A stretch of DNA of 64,000 nucleotides from an uncultured virus (IMG/VR IMGVR_UViG_3300027708_000036) (IMGVR_UViG_3300027708_000036); one strand, 5' to 3'; shown: positions 9,303-19,491, counted from the stretch's first letter. The notes: generated by a model not told the origin, from the sequence alone. Numbers and translations: made by a program.

Positions 9303-10655
9303 ATGTTAAATTTTAAATCATTCTTAACTGAAGTTGTTAAACCAACTTCACTCCTACAATCAATTTACGAAGAATTTCTTATAGAAGTTAAGAAAGTTTC
9401 TGAGAACGATGATATGGGTAAACTCAATGAGTTGAGACTTGCTCATCACTTATCAAGTGAGAAGGAAGAAGAAAAACATCTTCCAGAACACCATCGTTCA
9501 TACGGTAAAGAAGATGCAGCACACAACGGATCCCCAGAAGATGTTCAGAAAAACATTCTTGGTAGAATGGATAAAGATAAAGCAGCACGAGTTGACAAGG
9601 CTGCATCTGATTCTGCCGATGCTTGGAGAAAGAAATATCTTGCTGAAGGTGAGAAAGTTGGTAAAGTTTATTGGACTTCAAACGCAGACAAAATAAACAA
9701 AAAAGGTGAAAAGGTAAACGGAGATCATTTCAAAACAACTGGTGTTCACGATCCAAAATCAAACGCTGATGTGATGGTCCAGATTGTAGATAAAGATGGT
9801 AACCATGTTCGTTGGCATGGCATCTCTGCTAAGATCGGTAAGCACGATCCAAACTTAAATAATCCAGGACTTGACTCACTAGAAAAGATTACTGGAAATG
9901 AATCTGGTCACTTTGCTTCATTAATGAAACCTCATGATGACCATATGCAAGCAATTGGGTATAGCCCAAAGAGTCGTGATGATCGCCATGCACAATGGAA
10001 GATTGAACAGATGGCAACCAGCAATGAACCTGGAAAGGGAATTCCTGGAGTTCGTGCTCAACACGCAGAGTTAGAAGCGAAACTTAAAAGTGGTGAGAAA
10101 CTTAATGCTGACGAAAAGAAAATGCATGAGCACTCAACTACATTCTTACAAGCACATGATAGTTTAAAATCTGATAAAGATAGAAAAGAATTCATGGATA
10201 CAGTTGCCCATAGAACACAAGCAGCTGTTTCTTCTGGACAAGAAGCAAGAAAACGAGTTGCTGCTTCTATTGCTGAAGGGCTTAAGAAAAAGGTTAAAGT
10301 TAATCCTGATGGAACTCATGATGATTCCGAATTGAGAAATACTCTTAATGGATTAATTTCACCACAAACAACTTTTGAACATTCAATCGTTCATGCAAGA
10401 GAAATGTCAGATGGAAGTCATGTTCCAGAAGTTAATGACCAGCATACATATGCCCAGAAACACTTGAACAATTTTACTAATTTAAGTGTTGAGGGTGGAG
10501 ATGGACAGACGACTTATATCAAGGGTAAATTAAATAAACCTGGACATAAAAACCATGGTAAAACATTTAATGTGGCTCAACTAACGACTAAGTCCAACTC
10601 TGGTCCAATGCAGAACACAGTTGGCTCTCTAAGTCTCGTAAACAAACAGCACTAA
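9303..10655 (+). CDS. probable internal head protein with a degenerate restriction-endonuclease-like domain
   Basis: N-terminus MLNFKSFLTE resembles the T4 capsid-targeting sequence; GKLNE...ADVMV...ISAK pattern. Confidence 0.5.
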   Translation: MLNFKSFLTEVVKPTSLLQSIYEEFLIEVKKVSENDDMGKLNELRLAHHLSSEKEEEKHLPEHHRSYGKEDAAHNGSPEDVQKNILGRMDKDKAARVDKAASDSADAWRKKYLAEGEKVGKVYWTSNADKINKKGEKVNGDHFKTTGVHDPKSNADVMVQIVDKDGNHVRWHGISAKIGKHDPNLNNPGLDSLEKITGNESGHFASLMKPHDDHMQAIGYSPKSRDDRHAQWKIEQMATSNEPGKGIPGVRAQHAELEAKLKSGEKLNADEKKMHEHSTTFLQAHDSLKSDKDRKEFMDTVAHRTQAAVSSGQEARKRVAASIAEGLKKKVKVNPDGTHDDSELRNTLNGLISPQTTFEHSIVHAREMSDGSHVPEVNDQHTYAQKHLNNFTNLSVEGGDGQTTYIKGKLNKPGHKNHGKTFNVAQLTTKSNSGPMQNTVGSLSLVNKQH

Positions 10656-10681
10656 TCCCCTCAAGTCTGTAGGGTTATTGT

Positions 10682-10710
10682 TTGACAAATATTGCAAATT
10701 AAGGTATAAT
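10682..10710 (+). promoter_or_regulatory. sigma70-type promoter (leaderless transcript)
   Basis: TTGACA-17-TATAAT; ATG begins 7 nt after the -10 box. Confidence 0.85.
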
Positions 10711-10716
10711 AGTAAT

Positions 10717-12498
10717 ATGATACTAGGATTCAAGAACTTTTTAATTGAGGCTGCACCAGAAGAAGGTGCAAAACTCAAACATATTACTCACGCTGAAGAT
10801 CGCCCATTGTTCCATGGAGCCGATGGATTCAATCATGCTTACAATGCACTTCATGGTGTTAATCATCAGATCAACCAAAGAACTCAATCAAACAAATTGA
10901 CAATGAAGTATGATGGTTCACCATCTATTGTTTATGGAACTAATCCAGAAAATGGTAAATTCTTTGTTGCTTCAAAGTCTGCCTTTAATAAAAATCCAAA
11001 GTTAAATTATACACCTGAAGATGTTGAAAAGAATCATGGACATGCTCCAGGTCTTGTAGAAAAACTAAAAGCAGGTTTACAACATTTACCAAAGATTGCT
11101 CCAAAGAAGGGAGTTTTCCAAGGTGACATGATGTTCACTAAACCTGATGTTAAAAATAACAAAGACGGAACTGTATCCTTTACACCAAATACTATTACAT
11201 ATAGTGCTCGTGGTAAAAAAGCAGAAGCGATTAGCAAGGCTAAAGTTGGTGTAGTTACTCATACAAAATATGAAGGAACTAACCTTGCAAATATGCATGC
11301 TACTGGTAATGTTTCTGAAAGCGATTTCGGTAATGATCCAGATGTTTTCCATCACACTGCTAGTTATGATACAAGTTTAGTTCACCATCCAAAAGAAGCA
11401 CAAGATAGATTCTTGGATGAGATGGGTAAAGCCAAAGCCATTCATACTGAACATGGCGATAAGATGTATAAAGCGATTCATCCAGAACATAGTGGTGAAG
11501 CAGGACACCTAGCAACCTACATCAATCAAACAGTTCGTACTGGTGAAACACCTTCCACTGAAGGTTTCTCTAATCATGTTTCTAGTCAATTAAAGAAAAA
11601 GTTCGACAAGATTAAAACACCTGCTAAAAAGCAAGAGATTATTGCTGATGCTGACAAACAGTTAAAACATATTGAAAAGAACAAAGAACACTATGATAAT
11701 CTGTTAAAGATGCATGGTCATCTACAGAATGCTAAGAATGAATTAGTTAATAGTTTAGAATCAAATGAAGGTGGTTATGCTCATGCCATCGGTGGTGTTG
11801 CTTCGAAGCCAGAGGGTTTCGTATACAATCACACTCACAATGGTGTGACAGAGCCAACCAAGTTAGTTAATCGTAAAGTCTTTGCAAAACAAAATCTATT
11901 AAAGAATCGTGGTGAACCAAAAACAGAAGAAGTTCATCACACAATGGCATTTGGTCGTATGAATCCTCCAACTGCTGGTCATGAAAAACTTGTTCAACAT
12001 ATGCACGATACTGCCAAGAAATTTGGTGGTGATCATACTCTAGTTTTATCTGGGTCACATGATACAAAAGATGGTAAGAATCCTCTAAGTCCAGAACAAA
12101 AACTAAAGCATGCTAAGAATGCATTCCCTGGAACTAATGTTGTAGTTGCAGATAAAGATAAACCAACTCTATTGCATCAAGCGTCTGAGTTACATAAACA
12201 AGGTGTGACGCATTTACACTTTGCTGGTGGCTCAGATCGTGCTCCAATGGCAGAGTTACTCAAGAAGTATAATGGAGTTAAGGGTGCTCATGGTTACTAC
12301 AACTTTAAAGATATTTCTTTTGAGAACGCTGGTAAACGAGACGAAAATGCCAAAGGTGTTGAAGGTGTATCTGGAACTAAGTTAAGAGAACTAGCATCAT
12401 CTGGTAAGAAAGAAGAATTCCACAAACATCTATCTTCACAGATGAAACCAGAACACAAAGATGAATTATACAACGATCTTAGAAGGGCTATGAAATGA
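10717..12498 (+). CDS. fusion of a ligase-like nucleotidyltransferase domain and a HIGH-superfamily (cytidylyltransferase-like) domain
   Basis: N-half has TMKYDGSP, FQGDMM, PEGFV, TKLVNR; C-half has AFGRMNPPTAGHEKL, KNPL, GGSDR, SGTKLR. Confidence 0.7.
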   Translation: MILGFKNFLIEAAPEEGAKLKHITHAEDRPLFHGADGFNHAYNALHGVNHQINQRTQSNKLTMKYDGSPSIVYGTNPENGKFFVASKSAFNKNPKLNYTPEDVEKNHGHAPGLVEKLKAGLQHLPKIAPKKGVFQGDMMFTKPDVKNNKDGTVSFTPNTITYSARGKKAEAISKAKVGVVTHTKYEGTNLANMHATGNVSESDFGNDPDVFHHTASYDTSLVHHPKEAQDRFLDEMGKAKAIHTEHGDKMYKAIHPEHSGEAGHLATYINQTVRTGETPSTEGFSNHVSSQLKKKFDKIKTPAKKQEIIADADKQLKHIEKNKEHYDNLLKMHGHLQNAKNELVNSLESNEGGYAHAIGGVASKPEGFVYNHTHNGVTEPTKLVNRKVFAKQNLLKNRGEPKTEEVHHTMAFGRMNPPTAGHEKLVQHMHDTAKKFGGDHTLVLSGSHDTKDGKNPLSPEQKLKHAKNAFPGTNVVVADKDKPTLLHQASELHKQGVTHLHFAGGSDRAPMAELLKKYNGVKGAHGYYNFKDISFENAGKRDENAKGVEGVSGTKLRELASSGKKEEFHKHLSSQMKPEHKDELYNDLRRAMK

Positions 12499-12842
12499 AG
12501 AAACTAATTTTAGTTTTAGCAGTAGCATTATCTGGTTGTGCAGTAATCTTTCCTAAGCCACATGATCCAGTTATGTTTGGTCAGGCAATCGATGTTAAGG
12601 TAGGACTAAGTAAAATTAGTTGTGAAGACAAATCTAACTGGCAACCAGTATTAGATAAAGTAGAAACTCTTAAGGTTTACTCTACAGAACGTGGTGATCC
12701 ACAATCCGATTCATTTGGAAAAATGGAAGAAGCATTAAAGAAAGCAAAAGATAGTAAGAGCAATACATTCTGCGAAAGCATTGTTAAACTTAATAGAACA
12801 AGAGTCGATGTTACCATCGATGCTTGGAAAGGTAGAAAATGA
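12495..12842 (+). CDS. lipoprotein
   Basis: Signal peptide ending in the lipobox LSGC. Confidence 0.7.
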   Translation: MKKLILVLAVALSGCAVIFPKPHDPVMFGQAIDVKVGLSKISCEDKSNWQPVLDKVETLKVYSTERGDPQSDSFGKMEEALKKAKDSKSNTFCESIVKLNRTRVDVTIDAWKGRK

Positions 12843-13075
12843 GTATCCTCAATGAATTAAGAGAACAGGCTGGACTTGGTGGTCCAGCAGCAGCATTGGC
12901 AAACGAACTTCTAGTAATCCATGAAAACTACTCTAATGGAGAACTAACCTCCGAAGAATACGGATTCCTACTACAAGAAATCGCTGATATTCGTGCTCAG
13001 CAGGAACTAGCCTCAGACGAAATCGCCTGTCGTTGGATCGTTGCTGCAGCACAGGCTCTAATATCCACTATGTAA
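12839..13075 (+). CDS. hypothetical protein
   Basis: 78 aa ORF translationally coupled to the lipoprotein gene. Confidence 0.65.
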   Translation: MSILNELREQAGLGGPAAALANELLVIHENYSNGELTSEEYGFLLQEIADIRAQQELASDEIACRWIVAAAQALISTM

Positions 13076-13122
13076 GGATACAAACTCCTAAATAAGTATG
13101 TACTACTTTATAGATGGATCGT

Positions 13123-15045
13123 ATGAAAGATTATAGACAACTAATAAAAGAATTACCCTCAACTACATTGGTATGTGCACTTGGAGATTTTGATCCTCCA
13201 ACTACCGCACATGAGTTGTTGGTTAAAACTGTCAATAGACTGGCGGAACAGAAGAATACCGACCACGTCATCTACGCATCCACTAAAGATAGTCTTATTC
13301 AAGAAGACAAAAAGGAACACTACTTAAAGTTAATGTTCCCAAAGACTAAGTTCAAGTCCGTGAACGAGTCCAAGATTAGCAATCTCCTTGAAGAACTATC
13401 AAAGAAATACAAAAAGATTGTAATTGTTGCTGGAAGCGAACAAGTTGCTGGACTCAAGAAACTTGTTAAAGAAAACACCGAAATTATTGCAATCAACGAG
13501 AAGAATCCTGACGCTAATTATGCTAAAATGAAGCAGTTGGCAGTTAAAGGATTGTACGAAGAATTTAAGAAGAAGTTGCCAAGCACTATTCGTGAACTTG
13601 ATGGTCGTCGTTTAATGAACGATGTGCGCATGGGTTTAGGTTTAGATCCAGTTAAAGAGCAACTTGTTCTAGTTAAAGATAAACTACGTGAACAATATTT
13701 TCGTGGAGAGATTTTTAACGAAGGTGATATTGTAGAATCAAATGGCGAGCAATTTACTATTGTAAAACGTGGTTCAAATCATTTGTTGTTAAAAGAAGAA
13801 TCTGGCAAACTTGTATCAAAATGGATTCAAGATGTCCAACCAATGGAAGACAAAGTAATGAACGAAGGTGTTATCCAACCAAATGGTACTGATAAACTTG
13901 ATGTAAGTACATCAGATACTGGTGCTAAAAAAGATGACAAAGAACCAAAGGGTAAAACTAAAGGGTTCATGACATTCTATAATTACAATACAAAAGATAC
14001 TGTTAAAGAAGAAATTCAAATTGATGAATTGTCTACTGATCTATTGGCAAGATATAAAACAGCATCACATGCATCTGCAAAAGCAGCGGATGCTTCTGGT
14101 AACTATGCTAAAGGTGACAAGCGTTTCAAAGGTATCAACAAAGCAACTACCAAACAATTCGATAATGATCTAAAGAAACATGGTCAATACAAAGAAGAAT
14201 TAGAAGAGAATCATATCGTTCATGTGGATGATGGTAGCAAGTATGGCGAACAACCTCATGATAAAGATGTTGAGCATGTAATGTCTGGTGTTAACACACA
14301 TGGCGGTGAATTCGATGGACATTCAGATAAAGGTGCTTTCTTCAAATTCAAATCGCACAGTGATGCTAAGAACTTTGTAGATCATGTTAAAAGATCCCCG
14401 CATAAAACTGTTGGTGCAGATCTACATGAAGAAACTAAAAAGAAAGAAGTTTGTCCAGAGTGTGGTGAACCTAAATGCGAATGTGATGTTGGTACAGATA
14501 AAACTTCTTACAATCAACCATTCGATCCATTCTTCAAAGAAGATTTTACTGAACAAGAAATTGATGAGATGGTAAACTCTGTTACTGACGAAGACATTGA
14601 AGATCTCTATGAAGAAGACGAAATTGTTTTAGTCTATGATGATACTGGTGAAGAGATTCCACCACTACAAGAAGAATCAAAGTATGATTTGATGGAAGTT
14701 CTTTCTCGTACAGAACGTATGAGAGGTAAGATTCGTCTACGCAAGACTTCTGCAAAACGTGGTCGCTCCACTAGGATTGCATTACAGCGTTTCTCAAATC
14801 CAACAACTATTAATAAACGTGCACGTCGTCTTGCCATTAAATTAATGAAGAAACGTATGCTACGTGGTCGTGATTACTCTAAGATTTCCGTTGGTGAAAA
14901 AGAACGTATGGAAAAAGTAATGTCAAAACGCAAAGATGTTATTGGGCGCATTGCTCAAAAATTAGTTTCTCGTGTTCGTAAAGTAGAGAAGTCGAGAATG
15001 TCTCATGGTAAAGTTACTAAAGGGAGTATACCAAGTGTATTTTAA
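13123..15045 (+). CDS. multidomain probable internal head protein with a degenerate HIGH nucleotidyltransferase N-terminus
   Basis: MKDYRQLIKE start, LGDFDPPTTAHELL, LREQYFRGEIF motif, repeated acidic (I/L)xE linkers, basic C-terminus; late promoter upstream. Confidence 0.6.
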   Translation: MKDYRQLIKELPSTTLVCALGDFDPPTTAHELLVKTVNRLAEQKNTDHVIYASTKDSLIQEDKKEHYLKLMFPKTKFKSVNESKISNLLEELSKKYKKIVIVAGSEQVAGLKKLVKENTEIIAINEKNPDANYAKMKQLAVKGLYEEFKKKLPSTIRELDGRRLMNDVRMGLGLDPVKEQLVLVKDKLREQYFRGEIFNEGDIVESNGEQFTIVKRGSNHLLLKEESGKLVSKWIQDVQPMEDKVMNEGVIQPNGTDKLDVSTSDTGAKKDDKEPKGKTKGFMTFYNYNTKDTVKEEIQIDELSTDLLARYKTASHASAKAADASGNYAKGDKRFKGINKATTKQFDNDLKKHGQYKEELEENHIVHVDDGSKYGEQPHDKDVEHVMSGVNTHGGEFDGHSDKGAFFKFKSHSDAKNFVDHVKRSPHKTVGADLHEETKKKEVCPECGEPKCECDVGTDKTSYNQPFDPFFKEDFTEQEIDEMVNSVTDEDIEDLYEEDEIVLVYDDTGEEIPPLQEESKYDLMEVLSRTERMRGKIRLRKTSAKRGRSTRIALQRFSNPTTINKRARRLAIKLMKKRMLRGRDYSKISVGEKERMEKVMSKRKDVIGRIAQKLVSRVRKVEKSRMSHGKVTKGSIPSVF

Positions 15046-15730
15046 ATCTTTCTCAGACCATTTGTCTGAAACTTGTAACTGTTGGAAAGGTTACAAGCGC
15101 AAACCTGGAACTACACCATGTGCTGAAGGTTCATGCATTAAAGAAGGTAAGCGTGGGTTGTGGGATAATATCCATGCCAAACAAAAACGAATCAAAGCTG
15201 GTTCTGGTGAAAAGATGCGCACACCTGGAAGCGAAGGTGCTCCAACTGATGCAGCATTGAAGGCATCTCAAACAAATGAGGCTGCTAACATGGCTCAACA
15301 AGCAGCAATTGCCATTGCCATGAAAAAAGCTGGTAAGAAACCAAAGAATGAAGAAGTTGAAGCACAGTTTGATCTAATTGAATCTGTTGTTGAAGAATTA
15401 GCATTGTTACACAATATTGATCCAGAAGTTCTTTGGGAAAAGTTTGAAGAGTTTACTGACGAACAATTATTAGAGTATGCAGTTGATGCTAAAGGACATA
15501 AGTCATCTACTGGTGGACTAACCCAAAAGGGTCGTGATGCATACAATGCTAAGGGTGCACATTTACAAGCACCAGTGACAACTCCTCCATCTAAATTAAA
15601 AGCTGGAAGTAAAGCATCAAATCGTCGTAAGTCTTTCTGTGCACGAATGGGTGGTATGGAAGGTCCAATGAAGAAACCAAATGGCGAGCCAAGTCGTAAG
15701 GCACTCGCACTTAGAAAGTGGAACTGTTAA
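15035..15730 (+). CDS. conserved T4-like phage protein built from short modules
   Basis: CWKGY, GLWDNIHAKQKR and RKSFCARM...RKWNC modules separated by acidic linkers; GTG start after GGGAG. Confidence 0.65.
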   Translation: MYFKSFSDHLSETCNCWKGYKRKPGTTPCAEGSCIKEGKRGLWDNIHAKQKRIKAGSGEKMRTPGSEGAPTDAALKASQTNEAANMAQQAAIAIAMKKAGKKPKNEEVEAQFDLIESVVEELALLHNIDPEVLWEKFEEFTDEQLLEYAVDAKGHKSSTGGLTQKGRDAYNAKGAHLQAPVTTPPSKLKAGSKASNRRKSFCARMGGMEGPMKKPNGEPSRKALALRKWNC

Positions 15731-15731
15731 A

Positions 15732-16178
15732 ATGGAAGAATTAATAATAGCATTAAAAGTCTTGATGGCAAATCAAACCTTCATGTACTTTAAAACCCAT
15801 ACTTATCACTGGAATATTGAGGGTATTGAATTCTCTCAGTATCATGATTTTTTTGGGGATCTTTATATCGACATTTATAATTCAGTAGATCCAACTGCAG
15901 AACAAATTCGTGCGTTAGATCATTATACTCCAATCAGTCTTGGTGAATTATATCGTTATAAAACTATTGACGAAAACGAAACTCGTGTAGAGTTAATTAG
16001 CGATATGCTCTCAACACTAATTACAGATAACGATAAAGTAATTGCAAGCCTAAATAGAGTATTCGCTCTTGGTACAAGAGAAAACAAACAAGGTTTATGT
16101 AACTTTATTGCAGATCGACTAGATACACATGCAAAACACGGTTGGATGTTACGTGCTAGTATGAAGAAAATAGGATAA
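15732..16178 (+). CDS. dps: Dps / ferritin-like DNA protection protein
   Basis: HTYHWNIEG, HDFF, VDPTAEQIRAL and KHGWML are Dps ferroxidase-centre motifs. Confidence 0.9.
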   Translation: MEELIIALKVLMANQTFMYFKTHTYHWNIEGIEFSQYHDFFGDLYIDIYNSVDPTAEQIRALDHYTPISLGELYRYKTIDENETRVELISDMLSTLITDNDKVIASLNRVFALGTRENKQGLCNFIADRLDTHAKHGWMLRASMKKIG

Positions 16179-16182
16179 TAAA

Positions 16183-18141
16183 ATGGAATACAATCAATTC
16201 ATGGAAGCGTTGAAGGGTAAACAAAAGAAATTGGACAAGAACCACAATGGTGAACTTGACTCTCAAGATTTTAAGATTCTTCGTAAAGAAGAAACTGAAG
16301 AGTTAGACGAAATTCATCGTATGAAGACTAAACTTAATAAGTTAGATCCGTTCAGCAATCGTTCAGTTGCTCGCCAAAAATTGAGCAATCTAATGAAGTC
16401 TGGTAAAGCCAGAGGTGCTTTGATTGCCAATAAGATGAGAACTCTAAACATGGGTGACGATTTAGATCAAGAAGATCTAGATGCACTCCACGAAGTTTTA
16501 TCAAAAGATGCTAAGGCTGGTGATTACATCTCTGATTTTGTTCATAGCGATAATCCAAAGTTTGATGGTAAGTCTAAAAAAGAACGTATCAAAATGGCTC
16601 TTGGTGCCTACTACGATACTAACAAGAAGAAAGATGGTGTCTCTGAAGGATACCAAAGTTACTCTGGTAGAAGCCATGGTAATCCATATGGCGGTGGTGG
16701 TTTTGGTAAAAGAGAACGAGAAGATGACGAGTATCATGTTCCAGATCCAACTCCAATAGCACCAGTACCTGATCGTAAGTATATCAGAGGTACTCCTGAG
16801 AACAAAGCGCACAAAGCTGCAAACAAACCAATCAATGGTCATCCGACAAATGAAGAAGTTGAGGGTTGGAAACTTGATTCTAGTCACAAGCATCCTGATG
16901 GTAGTCGTACTGTAAAAGTTAAGCACGAAAATGGTGCAGTGCAAGTTCATACTAACAAAAATGTAAAGGCATTGCAAACATTGTTGCAACAACGATACAA
17001 AGTCAACTTTGCTGAAGAATTTGAACAGGTTGAAGAAGATAAAATGACAACAACAAAAGATAAATCAGGTAAACTGGTCTCTTTCAAATACGAAGGTGAT
17101 TGGAAAAAATCTACTGAGAAAAAACAAGGTTCTGGTAAAGCAGCAAACCTCGCTGGTCAAGCAATGCAGAAAATGTCAGGGGTACAGAATCTTGCAAGAG
17201 CACGTGCCAACAACATGAATTCAGAAGAAGTAGAACAAATTGATGAACTTAATGACAATTTACATCCAGCAGGTGCTGCTTTATTAAAGCATATTAAACC
17301 ACAACATCACAATCTCTATAAACCGCATTTAGCAAAAGGTACTTTCAATGGTTCATATAAAGATCGTACTGATGTTTTGGCTGCAGCCAAAAAAGCTGGT
17401 CACTTAGAAGAAGCAAAAGACGAACAAGAGTATGGTTACGAAGGTGACATGGCTCTAAATCAATTGGCAACTCTAACACGATGTGCTGAAATGATCAAAG
17501 ATATGCTCAAACCAGATACTGATATGCCAGAATGGGTTCAATCTAAGATTACTCTTGCCACTGACTATATTCAAACTGCAGCTGACTATATGTACTCTGA
17601 GATGAATGAGGGTGCACAATATGCTGGTTTAGAAAAAGAAGATAAACCTGGAAAAATTAAAACTGCAGTTGTTAAACTACATCCAAAGGGTGTTGGCTCT
17701 GAAACTGTTGAAGGCTGGAAAGATGCAAAGAAACCAGTAGCAGAAGCAGTTCAAAAGGTAGACATTCCTGCTTACCTACGCAAAGCAAAAGGTGATACAC
17801 CATTAAAGATGTCTGACCTAAAGCGTAAAGATACTATTTCTGATCCAGAAAATCTAAAGAAAAATCGTTTGACAGATTCTTTCGATAACGAAGGTAACTT
17901 AATCTCTAATAAGATTTCATACAAAGATTTTATTACGGAAATTAAATTGGCTGATCTACCAGTTCGTAGAATTCAGGGGCATTCTTATGGAGCAAATTAC
18001 TCTGATCCAGAAGGAGCAGATGATGCTGATGATAATAAACCAATGAAGCCAGCAGCTGAAAAGCGTGGTCGTGGTCGCCCAGCTGGGGCAAAATCTGGTG
18101 CTCGTAAGATTACAGGCACTTCAAAACTAATGAATAAATAA
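16183..18141 (+). CDS. modular probable internal head protein (EF-hand-like loop, AT-hook)
   Basis: DKNHNGELDSQD, repeated EE..E..(L/I)DE linkers, PEWVQSKIT module, KRGRGRP. Confidence 0.6.
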   Translation: MEYNQFMEALKGKQKKLDKNHNGELDSQDFKILRKEETEELDEIHRMKTKLNKLDPFSNRSVARQKLSNLMKSGKARGALIANKMRTLNMGDDLDQEDLDALHEVLSKDAKAGDYISDFVHSDNPKFDGKSKKERIKMALGAYYDTNKKKDGVSEGYQSYSGRSHGNPYGGGGFGKREREDDEYHVPDPTPIAPVPDRKYIRGTPENKAHKAANKPINGHPTNEEVEGWKLDSSHKHPDGSRTVKVKHENGAVQVHTNKNVKALQTLLQQRYKVNFAEEFEQVEEDKMTTTKDKSGKLVSFKYEGDWKKSTEKKQGSGKAANLAGQAMQKMSGVQNLARARANNMNSEEVEQIDELNDNLHPAGAALLKHIKPQHHNLYKPHLAKGTFNGSYKDRTDVLAAAKKAGHLEEAKDEQEYGYEGDMALNQLATLTRCAEMIKDMLKPDTDMPEWVQSKITLATDYIQTAADYMYSEMNEGAQYAGLEKEDKPGKIKTAVVKLHPKGVGSETVEGWKDAKKPVAEAVQKVDIPAYLRKAKGDTPLKMSDLKRKDTISDPENLKKNRLTDSFDNEGNLISNKISYKDFITEIKLADLPVRRIQGHSYGANYSDPEGADDADDNKPMKPAAEKRGRGRPAGAKSGARKITGTSKLMNK

Positions 18142-18170
18142 AGTAAAGTCCAAATCTAAGGAGACACAAA

Positions 18171-19445
18171 ATGGCACTATGGGGCAACAAAGACTCTAAA
18201 ACAGCAAGTGGAACTATCGCTATCGCATCAACAGGTGTGGTAACTGGTACTTCTACTGCTTTCACTACACAAGCAAAAACTGGTAATACTATCCGTGCAA
18301 GCGGTGTAGATTTCCAAATCGTTTCAATCACATCTGATACTGTGGCTAAAGTAATCATGGGAGCAAACAATGGTAACGGCACAGTTACTACTGTTTCTGG
18401 TGGTACTTCTTACACATTATCTGAGAAGCCAGTATTCGTTTCACACGGATCTACAGATAGCGTTCCTAATCTAGGCGACTCTAACAAAGTATTCGGTGTT
18501 GACACTACTGAAGTTAAAGCAGGTGGCGACAACGTAACTAACGTGGCAGTTGTTTCTGGTAAAACTCGTTACATTGGTACTGCTCCAGCAGTAACATTCT
18601 CTGGCGGTGGTGGTTCTTCTGCTGCAGCTACTGCAACTATCGCTGGTGGTGTAGTTACAGCAATCACTGTCACTAACGTAGGTTCTTCTTATACTTCTGT
18701 ACCGACAGTTGCCATTGCTAAACCTGCTCGTATTATTCCTACTTCTGGAATTACTATTGCTACTGATACTGTTGCTTATACTGCACATGGCTTAGTTGCC
18801 AATGAAGAAGTTAAGTATAACAATGGTGGTGGTGCTTCTGCCACTGGTTTAACTTCTACTACATCTTATTATGTTGCTACTGCTGGTCGTACTGCCAATG
18901 CGTTCGAAGTTAAGGCAGCAGCAACTACTGGTACTCTTGCAGCAACTGTTGCTACTTCTGGTACTGGTGGTCAATTCACTTGCGGTGCTTCTACTCTTGC
19001 TGCTAATGATCGTGTTACTATCACTGGTACAAATACTGGTACTGGCACTATTACTGGCTACGCAACTGGCACAACTTATAAAGTTTCTGCCGTTACTGGT
19101 ACTTCTCCAAGCGTAACTGGTTTCACACTAACTACTGAAGCTGGTGTTGCTATTGTTACTACTGCTGGTACTTTGGTTGGTTTGACTTATACAACTGAAA
19201 CAGTTATCGATATTTCTGGTACTGGTAATAATGCTCAGTACTTTGAAATCCAAAACGCTGCAGATCAAGCAACAGCTACTGCTTCACTAGGTGAAGGTAC
19301 ATCTGGTGGTGCTGCACATGCTGGTTGGACTCGTCGTATTGTTGGTACTGGCGGTCGTGCTGGTCGTGTTCAAACTGAAGTTTTAGTTGCCATGGGTTCA
19401 ATCACTGGTGACCAAGCTGACGATATCCAATATCCAGACGCATAA
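18171..19445 (+). CDS. virion structural protein (Thr/Gly/Ala-rich beta-structured)
   Basis: MALWG start, T/G/A-rich repeats, HAGW...GRAGRVQTEVLVA C-terminus; late promoter and AAGGAG upstream. Confidence 0.7.
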   Translation: MALWGNKDSKTASGTIAIASTGVVTGTSTAFTTQAKTGNTIRASGVDFQIVSITSDTVAKVIMGANNGNGTVTTVSGGTSYTLSEKPVFVSHGSTDSVPNLGDSNKVFGVDTTEVKAGGDNVTNVAVVSGKTRYIGTAPAVTFSGGGGSSAAATATIAGGVVTAITVTNVGSSYTSVPTVAIAKPARIIPTSGITIATDTVAYTAHGLVANEEVKYNNGGGASATGLTSTTSYYVATAGRTANAFEVKAAATTGTLAATVATSGTGGQFTCGASTLAANDRVTITGTNTGTGTITGYATGTTYKVSAVTGTSPSVTGFTLTTEAGVAIVTTAGTLVGLTYTTETVIDISGTGNNAQYFEIQNAADQATATASLGEGTSGGAAHAGWTRRIVGTGGRAGRVQTEVLVAMGSITGDQADDIQYPDA

Positions 19446-19467
19446 TAAATAATAATACCTAGAACGA

Positions 19468-19491
19468 GATGGGGTTGTAACAAACCCCATC
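19468..19491 (+). other. intergenic hairpin
   Basis: GATGGGGTT-gtaaca-AACCCCATC perfect 9 bp stem without a clear adjacent U-tract. Confidence 0.5.

Noticed and set aside
18171..19445. ACT/GGT-rich periodicity as a DNA repeat or diversity-generating target
   Set aside because: Explained by Thr/Gly-rich protein composition; no reverse transcriptase or template/variable repeat pair seen.
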